From: Octopus vulgaris
Lineage: Eukaryota
Length of the DNA stretch: 64,000 nt
Reading direction: 5' to 3'
Assembly (NCBI GenBank): GCA_951406725.2
Contig: OX597822.1
Location: 80,352,001-80,416,000, forward strand
The position numbers were made by a program, and so were the translations under genes. Of the stretch, positions 13,693-25,833 are shown piece by piece; position 1 is the first letter of the stretch; every line of letters starts with the position of its first letter. The notes below the pieces were generated by a model. The model searched no databases. It was not told the origin of the DNA and saw only the letters and a list, made by a program, of their open reading frames with translations.

Positions 13693-13848
13693 TGTGAGAG
13701 GAAAAATTAAGTCATAATTAGTTGCGGTGTGCTACAAATAGGGAGTGAGGTGGAAGAAATAAAAAAGATGTAAAATATGTATGGGTATTGAATTCGTAAA
13801 TCCGTTTTATAGGCATAATGGTGTATATGTGTAGCATTCCAATATCCT

Positions 13849-13888
<40 letters not shown>

Positions 13889-13915
13889 AAGATAGATAGA
13901 TAGATAGATAGATTC

Positions 13916-13958
<43 letters not shown>

Positions 13959-13959
<1 letters not shown>

Positions 13960-14300
13960 GCGCAGGAGTGGCTATGTGGTAACAAGCTTGCTTCCCAACG
14001 AAATGGTCCTGGGTTCAGTCCCACTGCGTGGCCCCTTAGGAAAGTGACTTCTACTATAGCAACGGGCCGACCAAAGCCTTGTGAGTGGATTTGGTTAACG
14101 GAAACTGAAAGAAGGTCGCCGCCATCGCATGACAACCGATGATCGTGAGTTTACGTCCTCGAATCTTAGCGGTTCAGCATAAGTGACCATAAGTAATAGG
14201 CTTACAAATAATAAGTCGTGGGTCAATTTGTTCGACTAAAAGGTGGTGCCCCAGCATGGCCGTAGCCAAGTGACTGAAACAAGTGAAATAATAAAAGAAA
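13959..14300 (+). mobile_element. SINE family A
   Basis: ggcgcaggagtggctatgtggtaa head, ggttcagtcccactgcgtgg, gggccgaccaaagccttgtgagtgg, 3' gactgaaacaag. Confidence 0.9.
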
Positions 14301-15811
14301 AAGTATATATATAAATATATATATGCGCTCGTTTTGTGTTCAGGTAGCATAAAGACAATTTTATATTAAACTCAACGGTTTCTCTTTACTTTTATAGAAT
14401 ACAAATCATTATTCTTGAACAATAATAATATTCACAATGTCTTCAAAGTGTCGGCCAGCGAAGCTATCACCGGACTCTCTGTTGATAGCTTAGCTAGTCG
14501 AAATTTCGTATCAATATCAATGCTATCTTTGTTAAATATATTTACATCTGTGTGTGTATCTTTGTGTGTGTGTATGTGTGTGTATTGCAGAGATTTAACC
14601 TCTTGAAGGTATGTTTTAGAATTGTCATTGATGGTCAACAGTTACAGGATTCCAGTATAGTACTGTAAATTAGCAAATTTAGGAAAGGCCCAAATATTAT
14701 CGGTTTGGTAACATTAGATGCATCTTATGCACCACAGAAAAGATTTCGAAATGATACATAATACTTATAAGTCATTTATTTTCCAATCAAAACCATCTGC
14801 CATACCCTATTCAAATCCCAAATGTGTCGTTATGCTTTCAACTGAAAGTTATCAGCCATATGCCGAAACATCATTACCTGTGATAACCAGCGGAATCAAT
14901 ACTACATTGTCACAACGCCATCTTGAAAATTCTCACACAATTTATCACTTGAAAGAGTTGCAAAAAGGAGAATCTACGCGTATAATATATACACTCCTTC
15001 TTTTCTTCTTTCGTTCCTTTGTAGATTCTCTCATTTATTCTTTTATTCATTCAGTTATACATACGTACAGATACACGTACATACATACATACATGTATAC
15101 ACGCATACAAATATGCATACAAAAACGCACATATATGCATATGTGTATATATGTATGTATGTGTGTGTATGTGTGTGTGTTTGTATATGTATTTGTGTAT
15201 ATGTATGCATATATATATATACACGGGTGTATATGAGTGTACTTGCGTGCATGCGTGTATCTGTGTGTGTGCGTGTGTGCGTGCGTGCGTGTGTATGTGT
15301 GTGTGTGCGTGTGAGTATGTGTAACGAAGCAAATTAGTTTTATATAATAAAAGAAACGATATCTAAATTGTTTCAAATCAACGAAGTTGCAGAAAAGTAT
15401 TGACAGAATATGGAATAGCAGCAATATTGATAATTAGGCTTTAGATAATTAATTTGATTATTCTCGTGTATTATCTGGTTATATTTTTTTATTAGATTAA
15501 ATCAATTGTTTTAATTAATACAAGCTGATGAATAGGAAATTTTTTTCCTACCCTCAACCCAAATACTCCTTACACATATTCTCCTTCTCGAACTTCTCTC
15601 CAGCTCATTTGTTGTTATTGTAGAGGTTGATGCTGTTCTTCTTGGTGCTTTCCTCCTCCCCTTCCTCCTCCTCTTCCTCCTCCTCTTCCCCCTCTTCCTC
15701 TTCCTACTTCTTCTACACCATCAACAAGCATTGTATTATATGGTAGGGGAATTATCACTTTGGTTTATTAATACAATATAATTACTACTTTAGAATGAAA
15801 TTTAGGAAATC

Positions 15812-16100
15812 TTAATATTTATTGCCAAACTAACGTGGAAGTCTAGAGAAATACGACGAAGGCTGCTGTTGATTAGCTCCGAGAGGCGATTGCCTCTATC
15901 TAACTACATGACGCATGAACTTGCGTCGATAAACCTTCGAACAAAGGAGGAAGTGGATGACCTCTCCTGTTTGAAGGTTTATAGACGCAGGTTCGTGCCT
16001 CATATAGCTAGCTAGAAGCGATCGCGTCTTGGAGCTAATCAACAACACCCTTCGTCCTATTTCTATGGATTGCCACGTAAGTTTGCCTATAAATATTAAT
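15812..16100. repeat. long imperfect inverted repeat/foldback (about 138-bp arms)
   Basis: ttaatatttattgccaaac...ccttcgaaca pairs without gaps with tgtttgaagg...gtttgcctataaatattaa. Confidence 0.9.
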
Positions 16101-16248
16101 ACTCATTACTGCTGCTGTATCCTTTAGGGAGATTTAGAAATTATGGCATTTCTAATTTAGGAAACCTTAATTTTATTGTAATGCTATTTTTCCATACTTA
16201 TTCTACATTTTTTTGCATACCATAATAATAATGATAATAATGGTAATA

Positions 16249-16327
<79 letters not shown>

Positions 16328-16328
<1 letters not shown>

Positions 16329-16875
16329 TGCCATGATGCAGTACCATGCAGTGGTTGTCATGTCTTCTGATCTTAACTGATTGGAAGTGTTATCATGTAC
16401 ATTGTTTTGTCTCGGTATAAAAGGTAGGCTACAGCAAATATTCTGCTCAATACCACAGATTTGCTTGTCAGTTGTTTCACCGTAACCAGTTGAGCATGGC
16501 CATTGGTGGCTGACGATATATGCATCTCTGATCACGAGCAGAAACAGTGTAGGAGCATCATAGCCATGTGTTGAAAGGAATTCTTTGAGGTTTGGATAAA
16601 TCACCTCTGGAAACATGGGTATTTTGTTTATCTTCATTAAACAGTCCTTATTCAGGGACCTTTTGAGCGGGATAGGCTATTCGACTGGGCTCCACCTACA
16701 AGGCCAAATTCTAACTGGGCTCCACCTACAAGGCCATACGCTGTTTATCTTGATATGACATCACCATGTCGCGCACATATTGTTGTAATGCATGTGCCTC
16801 GTGTACCCTTATCAGACGGGCAGTCATGGTGGGTATACTGCGCTTCGTATATTTGACCCCAGTGTAACTTTGATG
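16328..16875 (+). mobile_element. interspersed repeat family D (probable non-LTR 3' region) embedded in (TAA)n
   Basis: Second copy in opposite orientation at 40180-40605; starts right after (TAA)n and ends tttgatgataataat; internal 22-bp duplication ctgggctccacctacaaggcca. Confidence 0.7.
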
Positions 16876-18337
16876 ATAATAATGCTTTCTATAACAGGCA
16901 CAAGGCCTAAAATTTTGCCGTATGGGTACGTCAATTATATCGACCACACTGTTCAACTGGTACGTAATCTATTTGTTGACCAAGTTAACACAAGTGGGAC
17001 TGAATCCGGAAACATGTGGTCGGAAAGCAAACTTCTTAGCACAAAAATACGTCTATTCATACACATAGGAGAATGATATAGGAATGAATTGAATTATGGG
17101 AAATACATAAAAGAGAAAAACAAAAGCAAGAAGAGAAAGCTGAGCGACAATATTACAAATGGCTGATATGGTTAAGGAAAATGAAAATGAGATTAATATA
17201 AATCCAAGCGAAGATATGGAACATCTAAAGGCAAGAAATAATGAAAACATAATAGCACACACACATTTATATGTATGATGGTAGAAGTGAGATATGTTGT
17301 TGTAGACAACATATCTCACTTATTCGAGTTAGATGAAATGATGACGGAAAACAAAGTAATAAAACATAAGAGGAAAGGAGATAAAACAACGATATATAAC
17401 CGGAAATAGAGATATACGAAAAAGAGCAATTTAATGTATTGTAGAAACTCTGAATTTTAAAGAAATAGATAACGACATAATACATAAGATGGGGGAAATG
17501 CCTTATCGCTCTTAGTGCAAGTAATATATATTAATGTTGTTATGTAGTCCGAGGCCTATCTTATGTTACTGTCCTATGATCAGAAGTGTTCTCACCATAA
17601 CGCTTCCGTGTTCGTTGTATTTTAAGGCTAAGTCTATCCAGGAGTAGAGTCCGAAATATAGAGTGTGCCTATTTAAAAAAATAGCAGAGTATGATATGAG
17701 GACCACTTGGCTCCTACTTCCTGTAGATCAAGTTAGCTTGTAGATATCTCATCCACTTCTTTTTGATTTAAGTTCTTCGACTTGTTTGGAGTATAAGCCA
17801 TCGGTGTCTTTTCCCCTTTGTTTGGAGTGTCTTTTCTGCTTCTTGCCTGTTACATCCGTGATTTTTACCGAGCCATATGGATCTCTGGGGAAAGGCCTTA
17901 CTTCGTCCGGTCTTGTTGGTTTGGGAATGCAATAGATGCTTGTGTATCTACTTTTTTCTAGGTAGGAGGTGTTAGTCCTACGCAAATCAGTCTTTATCTT
18001 TGAGCAGAGATGTCTCATATTTATATATATATATATACATGTATGCACAAATATAAAACGATATGCAGGAATGTAAGTAATTAATTTATTATATAAGTAA
18101 TATAAATCATTTACATGTTCTTAAGTTACGAAACAATTTATCGTGTTATTAGAATTTTATTATTGTTAAATAAAATGTCAAGAAAATATTTCTGTCATTT
18201 AGACTTTATACATCACTTCTCTTTTTCTCTTGGATCACACTACATATTCTATATATTTTCTAGAATAAGTCTTTTAAGGTACTTTTTTTATGAATACTAC
18301 CGGATTACTTGAGTTCATATATTATGACTTAAATATA

Positions 18338-18559
18338 CAGTATCCCTCGCCATATCACGGTTCACATACCGCGGTTTATTATTTAAGCTTACATCGATTC
18401 CTTCGTGGTGTTGTTTGCACTTATAATAAAATAAATATATACAAATTATAAAAATTATTAAAAATATATATACAGTACTTTACTGTTGCTACTTCACGGA
18501 TTTTCAAATATCGCAGGGGTTTTTGGAACGTAACATCCTCGATAGTCGAGGGATGTCTG
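18338..18559. mobile_element. Tc1/pogo (Tigger-like) MITE
   Basis: TA|cagtatccctcg ... cgagggatgtctg terminal inverted repeats with an AT-rich interior. Confidence 0.75.
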
Positions 18560-18597
18560 TCTGTCTGTCTCTATGTATGTATGCATGCATCTATATA

Positions 18598-19100
18598 TGT
18601 CATTGTTGAGTTTTATTTCAAGATTTCTTAACAATAAAGAGCCGGTTTCTAACCTAGATCCAAGGCTCCTTCATCGGAATTTCGATGTCAACAACAGGGT
18701 ATATTTGCATGTATGTATGTATGTATGTATGCATGCATGTATGCATGTATGTATGTGTACAGATTAGTATGTCTTGTTTTATGTATGTATTCTCATGCAT
18801 ATAGTTGCACATCTAGACATGTTCATATATATTTAAATGATAAACGTCTGGAAAGTTTTACAAATTTTTACTGTTCCAGTGATGGATTGGCTCTGTAGTC
18901 TTCGAATTAGCTTTCTCCTCTCTGGTTTTGAGAAGCCTAATTTATAAAGATTGGAATTTAGGCTGTGTGTTACATATTCCAGGGTCCCAATAATTACTGG
19001 TATAAACCTGAAATTGTAATACGGATAGAGTTAACTGCAGATTTCTCAATAGTTCAGCGTAGGTATTCTCTTTTTCACTAATCTTCAGCTTTATGTTATC

Positions 19101-19101
<1 letters not shown>
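18598..19101 (-). mobile_element. R4/Dong-like (restriction-like endonuclease) non-LTR retrotransposon 3' end
   Basis: Minus strand: KISEKENTYAELLRNLQ (frameshift) LYPYYNFRFIPVIIGTLEYVTHSLNSNLYKLGFSKPERRKLIRRLQSQSITGTVKICKTFQTFII* (stop 18833-18835), matching the RLE C-terminal KxxxY...PxIIGxxG pattern; flanked by (TACA)n-type repeats. Confidence 0.7.
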
Positions 19102-19131
<30 letters not shown>

Positions 19132-20668
19132 TGTATGTATGTATGTATGTATGCATGCATGTATGCATGTATGCATGTATGTATGTATATGTATATATGT
19201 GTGTTTGTGTCTCTGTGTGTGTGTGTTTCAGCAATATCAGCTTCGAGGAGTGTTTAGGCTCAAACGCAGTTTAGGTTACTTAAAATTCTGAGTGCAATAT
19301 GCTTCGCTGTGGGGCTCAGTGGAAGCAGCTTGCTGCATTCATTATTCTTCTTAAAGAGCATTTCCATTTTAGTCTGCATTGTGTATAGTTACCAAAAGTT
19401 TCAATCAGTTAATCCTGCAGAAGTTACATCCCCTGTCCTGCTATGTCAAAAGTGTTAAACGGCAGTAAGCAGATATATTGATTCCCAATTGATCGAAGGT
19501 CTTCAATTTACCATGTTGCACATGTATAGATTTAACTAATTTATATTTAGTATGCAGATCATTTCTCTGAGGTATTTTCCTTCGGCCGACGTGTTACATC
19601 TGACATTAAAATATGAATAGCAGAAACAAAGGAACATAACATTACAATGACGTCAGCCGACAGCTACTGTTGCTGCTGCTGTTTAATTTATATGTCGTCT
19701 GCACTTTCCATTGGGTTGCACGGTATATCATTTCAACCGTTCAGTGTATCTATGTACAATGTAATCAGTTTTTAAGTTTTAATCTCGCCGTTTCATTTCG
19801 ATACTTGCTTCTGACCCTTATATTATTGTTTAATTGTCTTTCGCTCGCGTCTTCCCCACCGTTTAACTTATTCCGTCCCGAGCAGCGGTCCTTTTACGTG
19901 TTTTCCTATATTTAAGCTTTTGACAATCCATTTCTATTCTTTACTTATTCTCCACATACATTCTTCCATCTCCCACCAACTTGAAATATTCATGAGTTAT
20001 ATATTTTCCAAAAAAAAAAAAAATAATAAAACATAAAAAATAGAACACTCCCTCTCCGTCCATCCTACCCTACGCTGGAATCGTTAGGATATTCTTTGGC
20101 ATTTTTCGCATTTATAATGCGACACATCAAATGAAAATAATATTGGATTTTCTGAATTGTGTTAAACACGCGCATCATTATCATCACCACCGGTGTCACC
20201 GTTATCGTCCCTAACACCACCGACAGCAACATCACCATCACCACCACCATAACTCATCACCACCACCATAAATCATCATCAACATCCTCATCGTCGTTGT
20301 CGTCATCATCATGGTCGTCGTCGTTGTCATCACCTTGAATATGATTTTCAATATGTCCCCCCCACCACTTCAACCTCATATACGTTTTTTTTTTCTCATA
20401 AAACACTTTTCCTCCCTAAAACTCTGAAAGATTCAACAATGCTGTCTCGAGAGTCAAACAAATAAATAAATAAATGAATAAATAAATAAAAAAGCAAACA
20501 AATAAGTACATAGCGTAACTGAATTATTAAACAGCTGAAACAGAAGAGCGTCAAGAACAGTGGAAAATGGCCGCTATTATTTGTAATGATATGGATTAAA
20601 CTGCATTGACTGCTAGTAAGCCATATGCACACACACACTCACACACACACACTCGCACACAGACACGC

Positions 20669-20699
<31 letters not shown>

Positions 20700-20754
20700 G
20701 AAACACGCAGATACACACATACACCTCCGCGCGCGCATATACAATCGTACAAAC

Positions 20755-20801
<47 letters not shown>

Positions 20802-20940
20802 TATATGTATATACATACACGTATATAACTATATACACACACACATATATATAGTTATATTATATATGTATATATATTTATATGTATATATAAACACACA
20901 TATATACATATACGAATGTATAAATATTTATATGTATATA

Positions 20941-20986
<46 letters not shown>

Positions 20987-21037
20987 GTGTGTGTGTGTGT
21001 GTGTGTTAATATATATATATACATATATGTAAATACA

Positions 21038-21080
<43 letters not shown>

Positions 21081-21110
21081 AAAATATGTATATATAATCT
21101 TCTTATTACA

Positions 21111-21188
21111 GACAGTGACTTCGACATTTCGGCCAAGTAGACGACCGTCGGCGTTAGCCCGACTGCACGACATTTCGAAGTCACTGTC
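21111..21188. other. GC-rich stem-loop island in a TA microsatellite
   Basis: Perfect 14-bp arms gacagtgacttcga/tcgaagtcactgtc; internal direct repeat cgacatttcg and inner hairpin gtcgg...ccgac. Confidence 0.7.
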
Positions 21189-21818
21189 AATAACATTCTT
21201 GCTCAAGAATGTTATTTATACGCTACAAAATTTTAGAGTAACCCATCAGATTTATGCAAAATTGCTTTTATTAGAACTGAGCATAAAAACAATCAACATA
21301 TATATATATGAATATATGTATATATATATATATATATATATACATATATACATTCATACATAAGTATATAAATATATGGGTTTCAGTATGTATGAGGAAA
21401 CCAGTCACATGATTAGAGGGTTGATCAATGGCGAATAGAGCTTTTATTTGTATATTTTTTCTCCAGTAAGTAACAACAGCAGCTAAATGCCTTACATGTG
21501 ATTGGGGCAAAGTCAACATAAATTATATATTAGTTTCATACACAGAAATGGATGTCCATAATGTTTTACAATTCGTCCCATAATTCCCTGGTGATTTCCA
21601 ATAGAACAACATGTGAAATTGTGTTGTCTTACTTATGTGAATGTCTAAATACGGTCCGTGTATATTTGTTTTGTGAAAGAGTGTACACGTCAAGAGTGGG
21701 TATGTGGGGAATACAAACACACACACACACACAAACACACACAAACACAGACACACAGACACACAGACACACAGACACACACACACAGACACACATACAC
21801 ACACATACACACACACAT

Positions 21819-21861
<43 letters not shown>

Positions 21862-21899
21862 AATAAACAACCGTGTATGCGTACATATTCACAGATATA

Positions 21900-21934
<35 letters not shown>

Positions 21935-21937
<3 letters not shown>

Positions 21938-22250
21938 CTTTGGGCAGGTGTCTTTTGCTATAGGCTCGAGCCGACCAAAGCCTTGTGAGTGGATTAGGTA
22001 GACAGAAACTGAAAGAAACCCTTCGTATATATGTATATATCTATATGTGTGTGTGTTTGTGTTTGCCCCCTCCCCCTTAACATCACTTGCTGGTGTGTTT
22101 CCGTCCCCGTAACTTAGCGGTTTGGCAAAATCGACCGATAGAATAAGTACTAGGTTTACAAAGAATAATTCCTAGGGTTGATTTCCTCAACTAAAGGCGG
22201 TGCTGCAGCATGGCCGCAATCAAATGACAGAAACATGTAAAAGAGTAAAG
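21935..22250 (+). mobile_element. SINE family A (5'-truncated)
   Basis: ttgggcaggtgtcttttgctatagg...ccgaccaaagccttgtgagtgg...aacttagcgg...ctaaaggcggtgctgcagcatggccgc. Confidence 0.9.
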
Positions 22251-22357
22251 GAGTATATATGTAGAGAGAGAGAGTGTGAGAGAGAGACATATGTATATTG
22301 TTATACATAGACATGTATATAGATATATATATATGTGTGTGTATATAGATATAAATA

Positions 22358-22396
<39 letters not shown>

Positions 22397-22435
22397 GTAC
22401 ATTTTTATACATAAATATGTATATATGTGTATACG

Positions 22436-22469
<34 letters not shown>

Positions 22470-22873
22470 TGTATATGCATATGCATATACATATATGTAT
22501 ATAAATGACACACATGCAGAGAGAAGTTCAAGTGTGAGTGGAAGAGTCTGAGAAAGAGAGAAAAAGAAAGAGTGAGAATGAGAAAATCGACCATAAAATA
22601 AGACAAACCACTTTGAAACCGAACATGAAAGCAGACGACCATTGATTGCATGTGATAACGTAATTAGATTTCTGAAGCTTGATGTATTCTGTTTTAAGTT
22701 AGACATTGCTAGTCGACCGTCCCTTAACACACAACTGAATGACTTGGCTAAACTTGACATTTACTCAATTGTATAAAACCAGTTTCCTTGCAGAGCACCG
22801 AAACTATTTATGAAAAATTAGGTCGATCCGGTGTATTCTTTTTTTTAACTACATCTGTTATTATTATTATTGT

Positions 22874-22905
<32 letters not shown>

Positions 22906-23131
22906 CTATTACAAATCTGCAGCAGCTGCTGATGCTGTTGTTGTTGGAAACCGTTTTATGGAAAACAAAATAGATGAACTATGAAGGTGTGACAAGCTGT
23001 GATGTCGTATGAACGCAGAAGCTATTGTGTTCCCGTACAATACAAGTGTTAAACATTGTTAGGTATAGAATATCCTATTGTAATGCAGAGGTTGTATAAT
23101 ATGTTGTAGGAACGGTGATAAATATTATATC

Positions 23132-23560
23132 TGAATGGGTTTTAAGATATTCTCTTCCTAATCTTGAGATCTCGGGTTCGATCTTGCTTAATGAAATTTT
23201 AAGCCAGTGATTTCGTTCTAAGATAAACTTAAATATGAATGTAAAATGTTGCTGTGCTTATAACACAGGGTTTTAATGTAGAGGCTGTATATTGCAATAC
23301 TATGCATGAATGGGTGTTAAAATTTTCAGTTTCTATTCATGAAGTGTGGGTTTCGATTTTAGGGAATGGAATTTTGAGCAAGTGTCTTCGTTCAAACATA
23401 AACTGTAGTGCACGCGTAAAATATTGATGTGTATATAATATAGTAGTGCAATTTAAATGTTATATAATATGATTTAGAAGTAGTGATGAGTATTATAGCT
23501 AAATGAGTGTTCAGATGTTCACTTCCTAATCATAAGATCTCGGGTTCGATTTCACTCTGA
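23132..23560 (+). repeat. diverged tandem array (about 175-195-bp period) of SINE-head-like units
   Basis: tgaatgggt...ttcctaatc..gagatctcgggttcgat recurs at about 23132, 23306 and 23500. Confidence 0.6.
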
Positions 23561-23704
23561 AAGAACTGAAAGAATGTAATGTAAGAATGTCATTTAAATA
23601 TCGACCATTATTCTTCAACATTGAGGGTAACCTTCACATTTGGCTGTGTATTTGCGTGAAAGTATGTTTGTATATACATGAGCGTGTGTGCATGTACATG
23701 TATA

Positions 23705-23744
<40 letters not shown>

Positions 23745-23750
<6 letters not shown>

Positions 23751-24341
23751 CTCCTTATTACCCACTGGGTGCTAAACATAGAGGGAACAGAAAAAGGACA
23801 GACAAAGGGATTAAGTCGATTACATTGACTCCAGTGTGTAACTGGTACTTATTTAATCGACCCCAAAAGGATGAAAGTCAAAGTCGACTCGGCGGAATTT
23901 GAATTCAGAACGTAAAGACAGACGAAATACCTATTTCTTTACTAACCACAAGGGGCTAAACACAGAGAGGACAAACAAGCACAAACGGATTAAGTCGATT
24001 ATATCGACCCCAGTGTGTAACTGGTACTTATTTAATGGACCCCAAAAGGATGAAAGTCAAGGTCGACCCGGCGGAATTTGAATTCAGAACGTAAAGACAG
24101 ACGAAATACCTATTTCTTTACTAACCACAAGGGGCTAAACACAGAGAGGACAAATAAGGACAGACAAACGGATTAAATTGATCATATCGATCCTAGTGCG
24201 CAACTGGTACTTATTTAATCGACCCTGAAAGGATGAAAGGCAAAGTTGATCTCAGCGGAATTTGAACTCAGAACGTAACGACAGACGAACTACCGCTAAG
24301 CATTTCGCCCGGCGTGCTACCAATTCTACCAGCTCGCCGCC
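23745..24341 (-). mobile_element. SINE family B with internal triplication of about 179 bp
   Basis: Head ggcggcgagctggtagaattggtagcacgccgggcgaaatgcttagcgg (reverse complement of 24290-24341); Meta-like ctttcatccttt..ggggtcgattaaataagtaccag present three times. Confidence 0.9.
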
Positions 24342-25105
24342 TTATATATTTTATATATGTATTCATGTGTGTATGTATGTATATGTGTATGCATGTTTAT
24401 ATATACATGTATGTGTGCGTGTGTGTGTATGTGTATGTATGTTTATATATACATGTATGTGTGCGTGTGTGTGTGTGTGTGTGTAATAGGAGGGGCTCTA
24501 TAGAATATTTTTGATTGTGTTTAGATAAATATAGAAGAACCGAAGTCAGGATCCAATCAACAGATTTATTGTCTACAATCAATCGACTAAACGGATATTG
24601 GTAGATGCCAAACGCGAGTATGACTTATGACTTATGACATACGAGTATAGGTTATAAGTATAAACTGCAAAGAATGTAAAAGAAAAATATCCGAAAGTGA
24701 TCTTTCGCAAACTGATTTTTCACGCTCTGCCAACCACGCGCCAAAGAAGACGTAAAGATTAAGTATGACGTCACCGTTTTCTTTCATGCATCGTAGTCAT
24801 ATCTGTTCATGTCTAAATAAGCCGACAGACAGATAGAGACTCGCATGTACGCACTCGTTCACACAGACACACATCTACAAACATTTCGAAATTATGGCGG
24901 CGTAGATTATATTCTCAAATCGAGGTTATCTCTGACGTCACTCGTATTTTAGTTTCGCTCAGAGCACTTCATTTCTGATTACTCCTATTTCATAATCTTC
25001 TCCTTACATCCCTACACATTCCTCTTGTCCTTCTTCGCAACCCTAACTTTACCGTTACTTTTAGGTTACACTATTACTTTCACTAGTTTCGTTTTTCTTT
25101 CCCCG

Positions 25106-25107
<2 letters not shown>

Positions 25108-25140
<33 letters not shown>

Positions 25141-25198
25141 GTCTCTTCTTCTTCTTCTTCTTCTTCTTCTTCTTCTTCTTCTTCTTCTTCTTCTTCTT

Positions 25199-25230
<32 letters not shown>

Positions 25231-25231
25231 G

Positions 25232-25268
<37 letters not shown>

Positions 25269-25280
25269 CACTACCACCAC
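25108..25280. repeat. compound (CT)n-(CTT)n-(ACT)n microsatellite
   Basis: Direct inspection. Confidence 0.95.
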
Positions 25281-25553
25281 ATATCTCTTCTCTTTGGTGC
25301 GTACCAAATTGATTCGGTAATATGTGAAAAATTATCACATTCATCCATCAAATCATACACATACGCACACCCATACTCACATACGCACACACACACATAT
25401 ACACCAACACACGCACATATACACCAACACACACACATACATATATACACATACATATATACACATACATATATATATAGCCAATGTAAAAAATAAGGAT
25501 TACTACGAAATAGCAACAGCATTACCTTTAATTCTATAATTACATATCACCTT

Positions 25554-25644
25554 TTAAAACCAACACATGTTTCCATTGCCCCAATTAGATATCGTTGTAA
25601 TTGCAAACCTACTATAAAGCGGTGCAGTCTCTTCAGGGTTTTAA
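25554..25644 (-). ncRNA. minimal type-I hammerhead ribozyme in the PLE 3' pLTR
   Basis: Minus strand: stem I TTAAAACC, core CTGAAGAG, long imperfect stem II, GAAAC-ATGT-GTT, then GGTTTTAA closing a perfect 8-bp stem I; palindromic ACATGT at stem III. Confidence 0.85.
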
Positions 25645-25833
25645 CTTGCTATACCTCGGGATGGCCGTCTAATGATTTTCTTTTATAAACTCTGCGTTGT
25701 ATAATGTAGAGTTGTCCGTTAAATCAGACGCGAACAATATCTATTTCAAGTCCTTACTGCTTAAGCATCGTCAGTCCATCATTTCAAAACATTGTATAGT
25801 TTAAATGATATTCATTCAATTGTACTTCGTAAA

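Noticed and set aside
14718-15000. Non-repetitive N-terminal part of the 172-aa ORF
   Set aside because: No recognisable motif, and the ORF length is inflated by the downstream microsatellite
19230-19620. Possible decayed transposase-like sequence
   Set aside because: Multiple stops in the frames inspected and no diagnostic catalytic motif identifiable by eye
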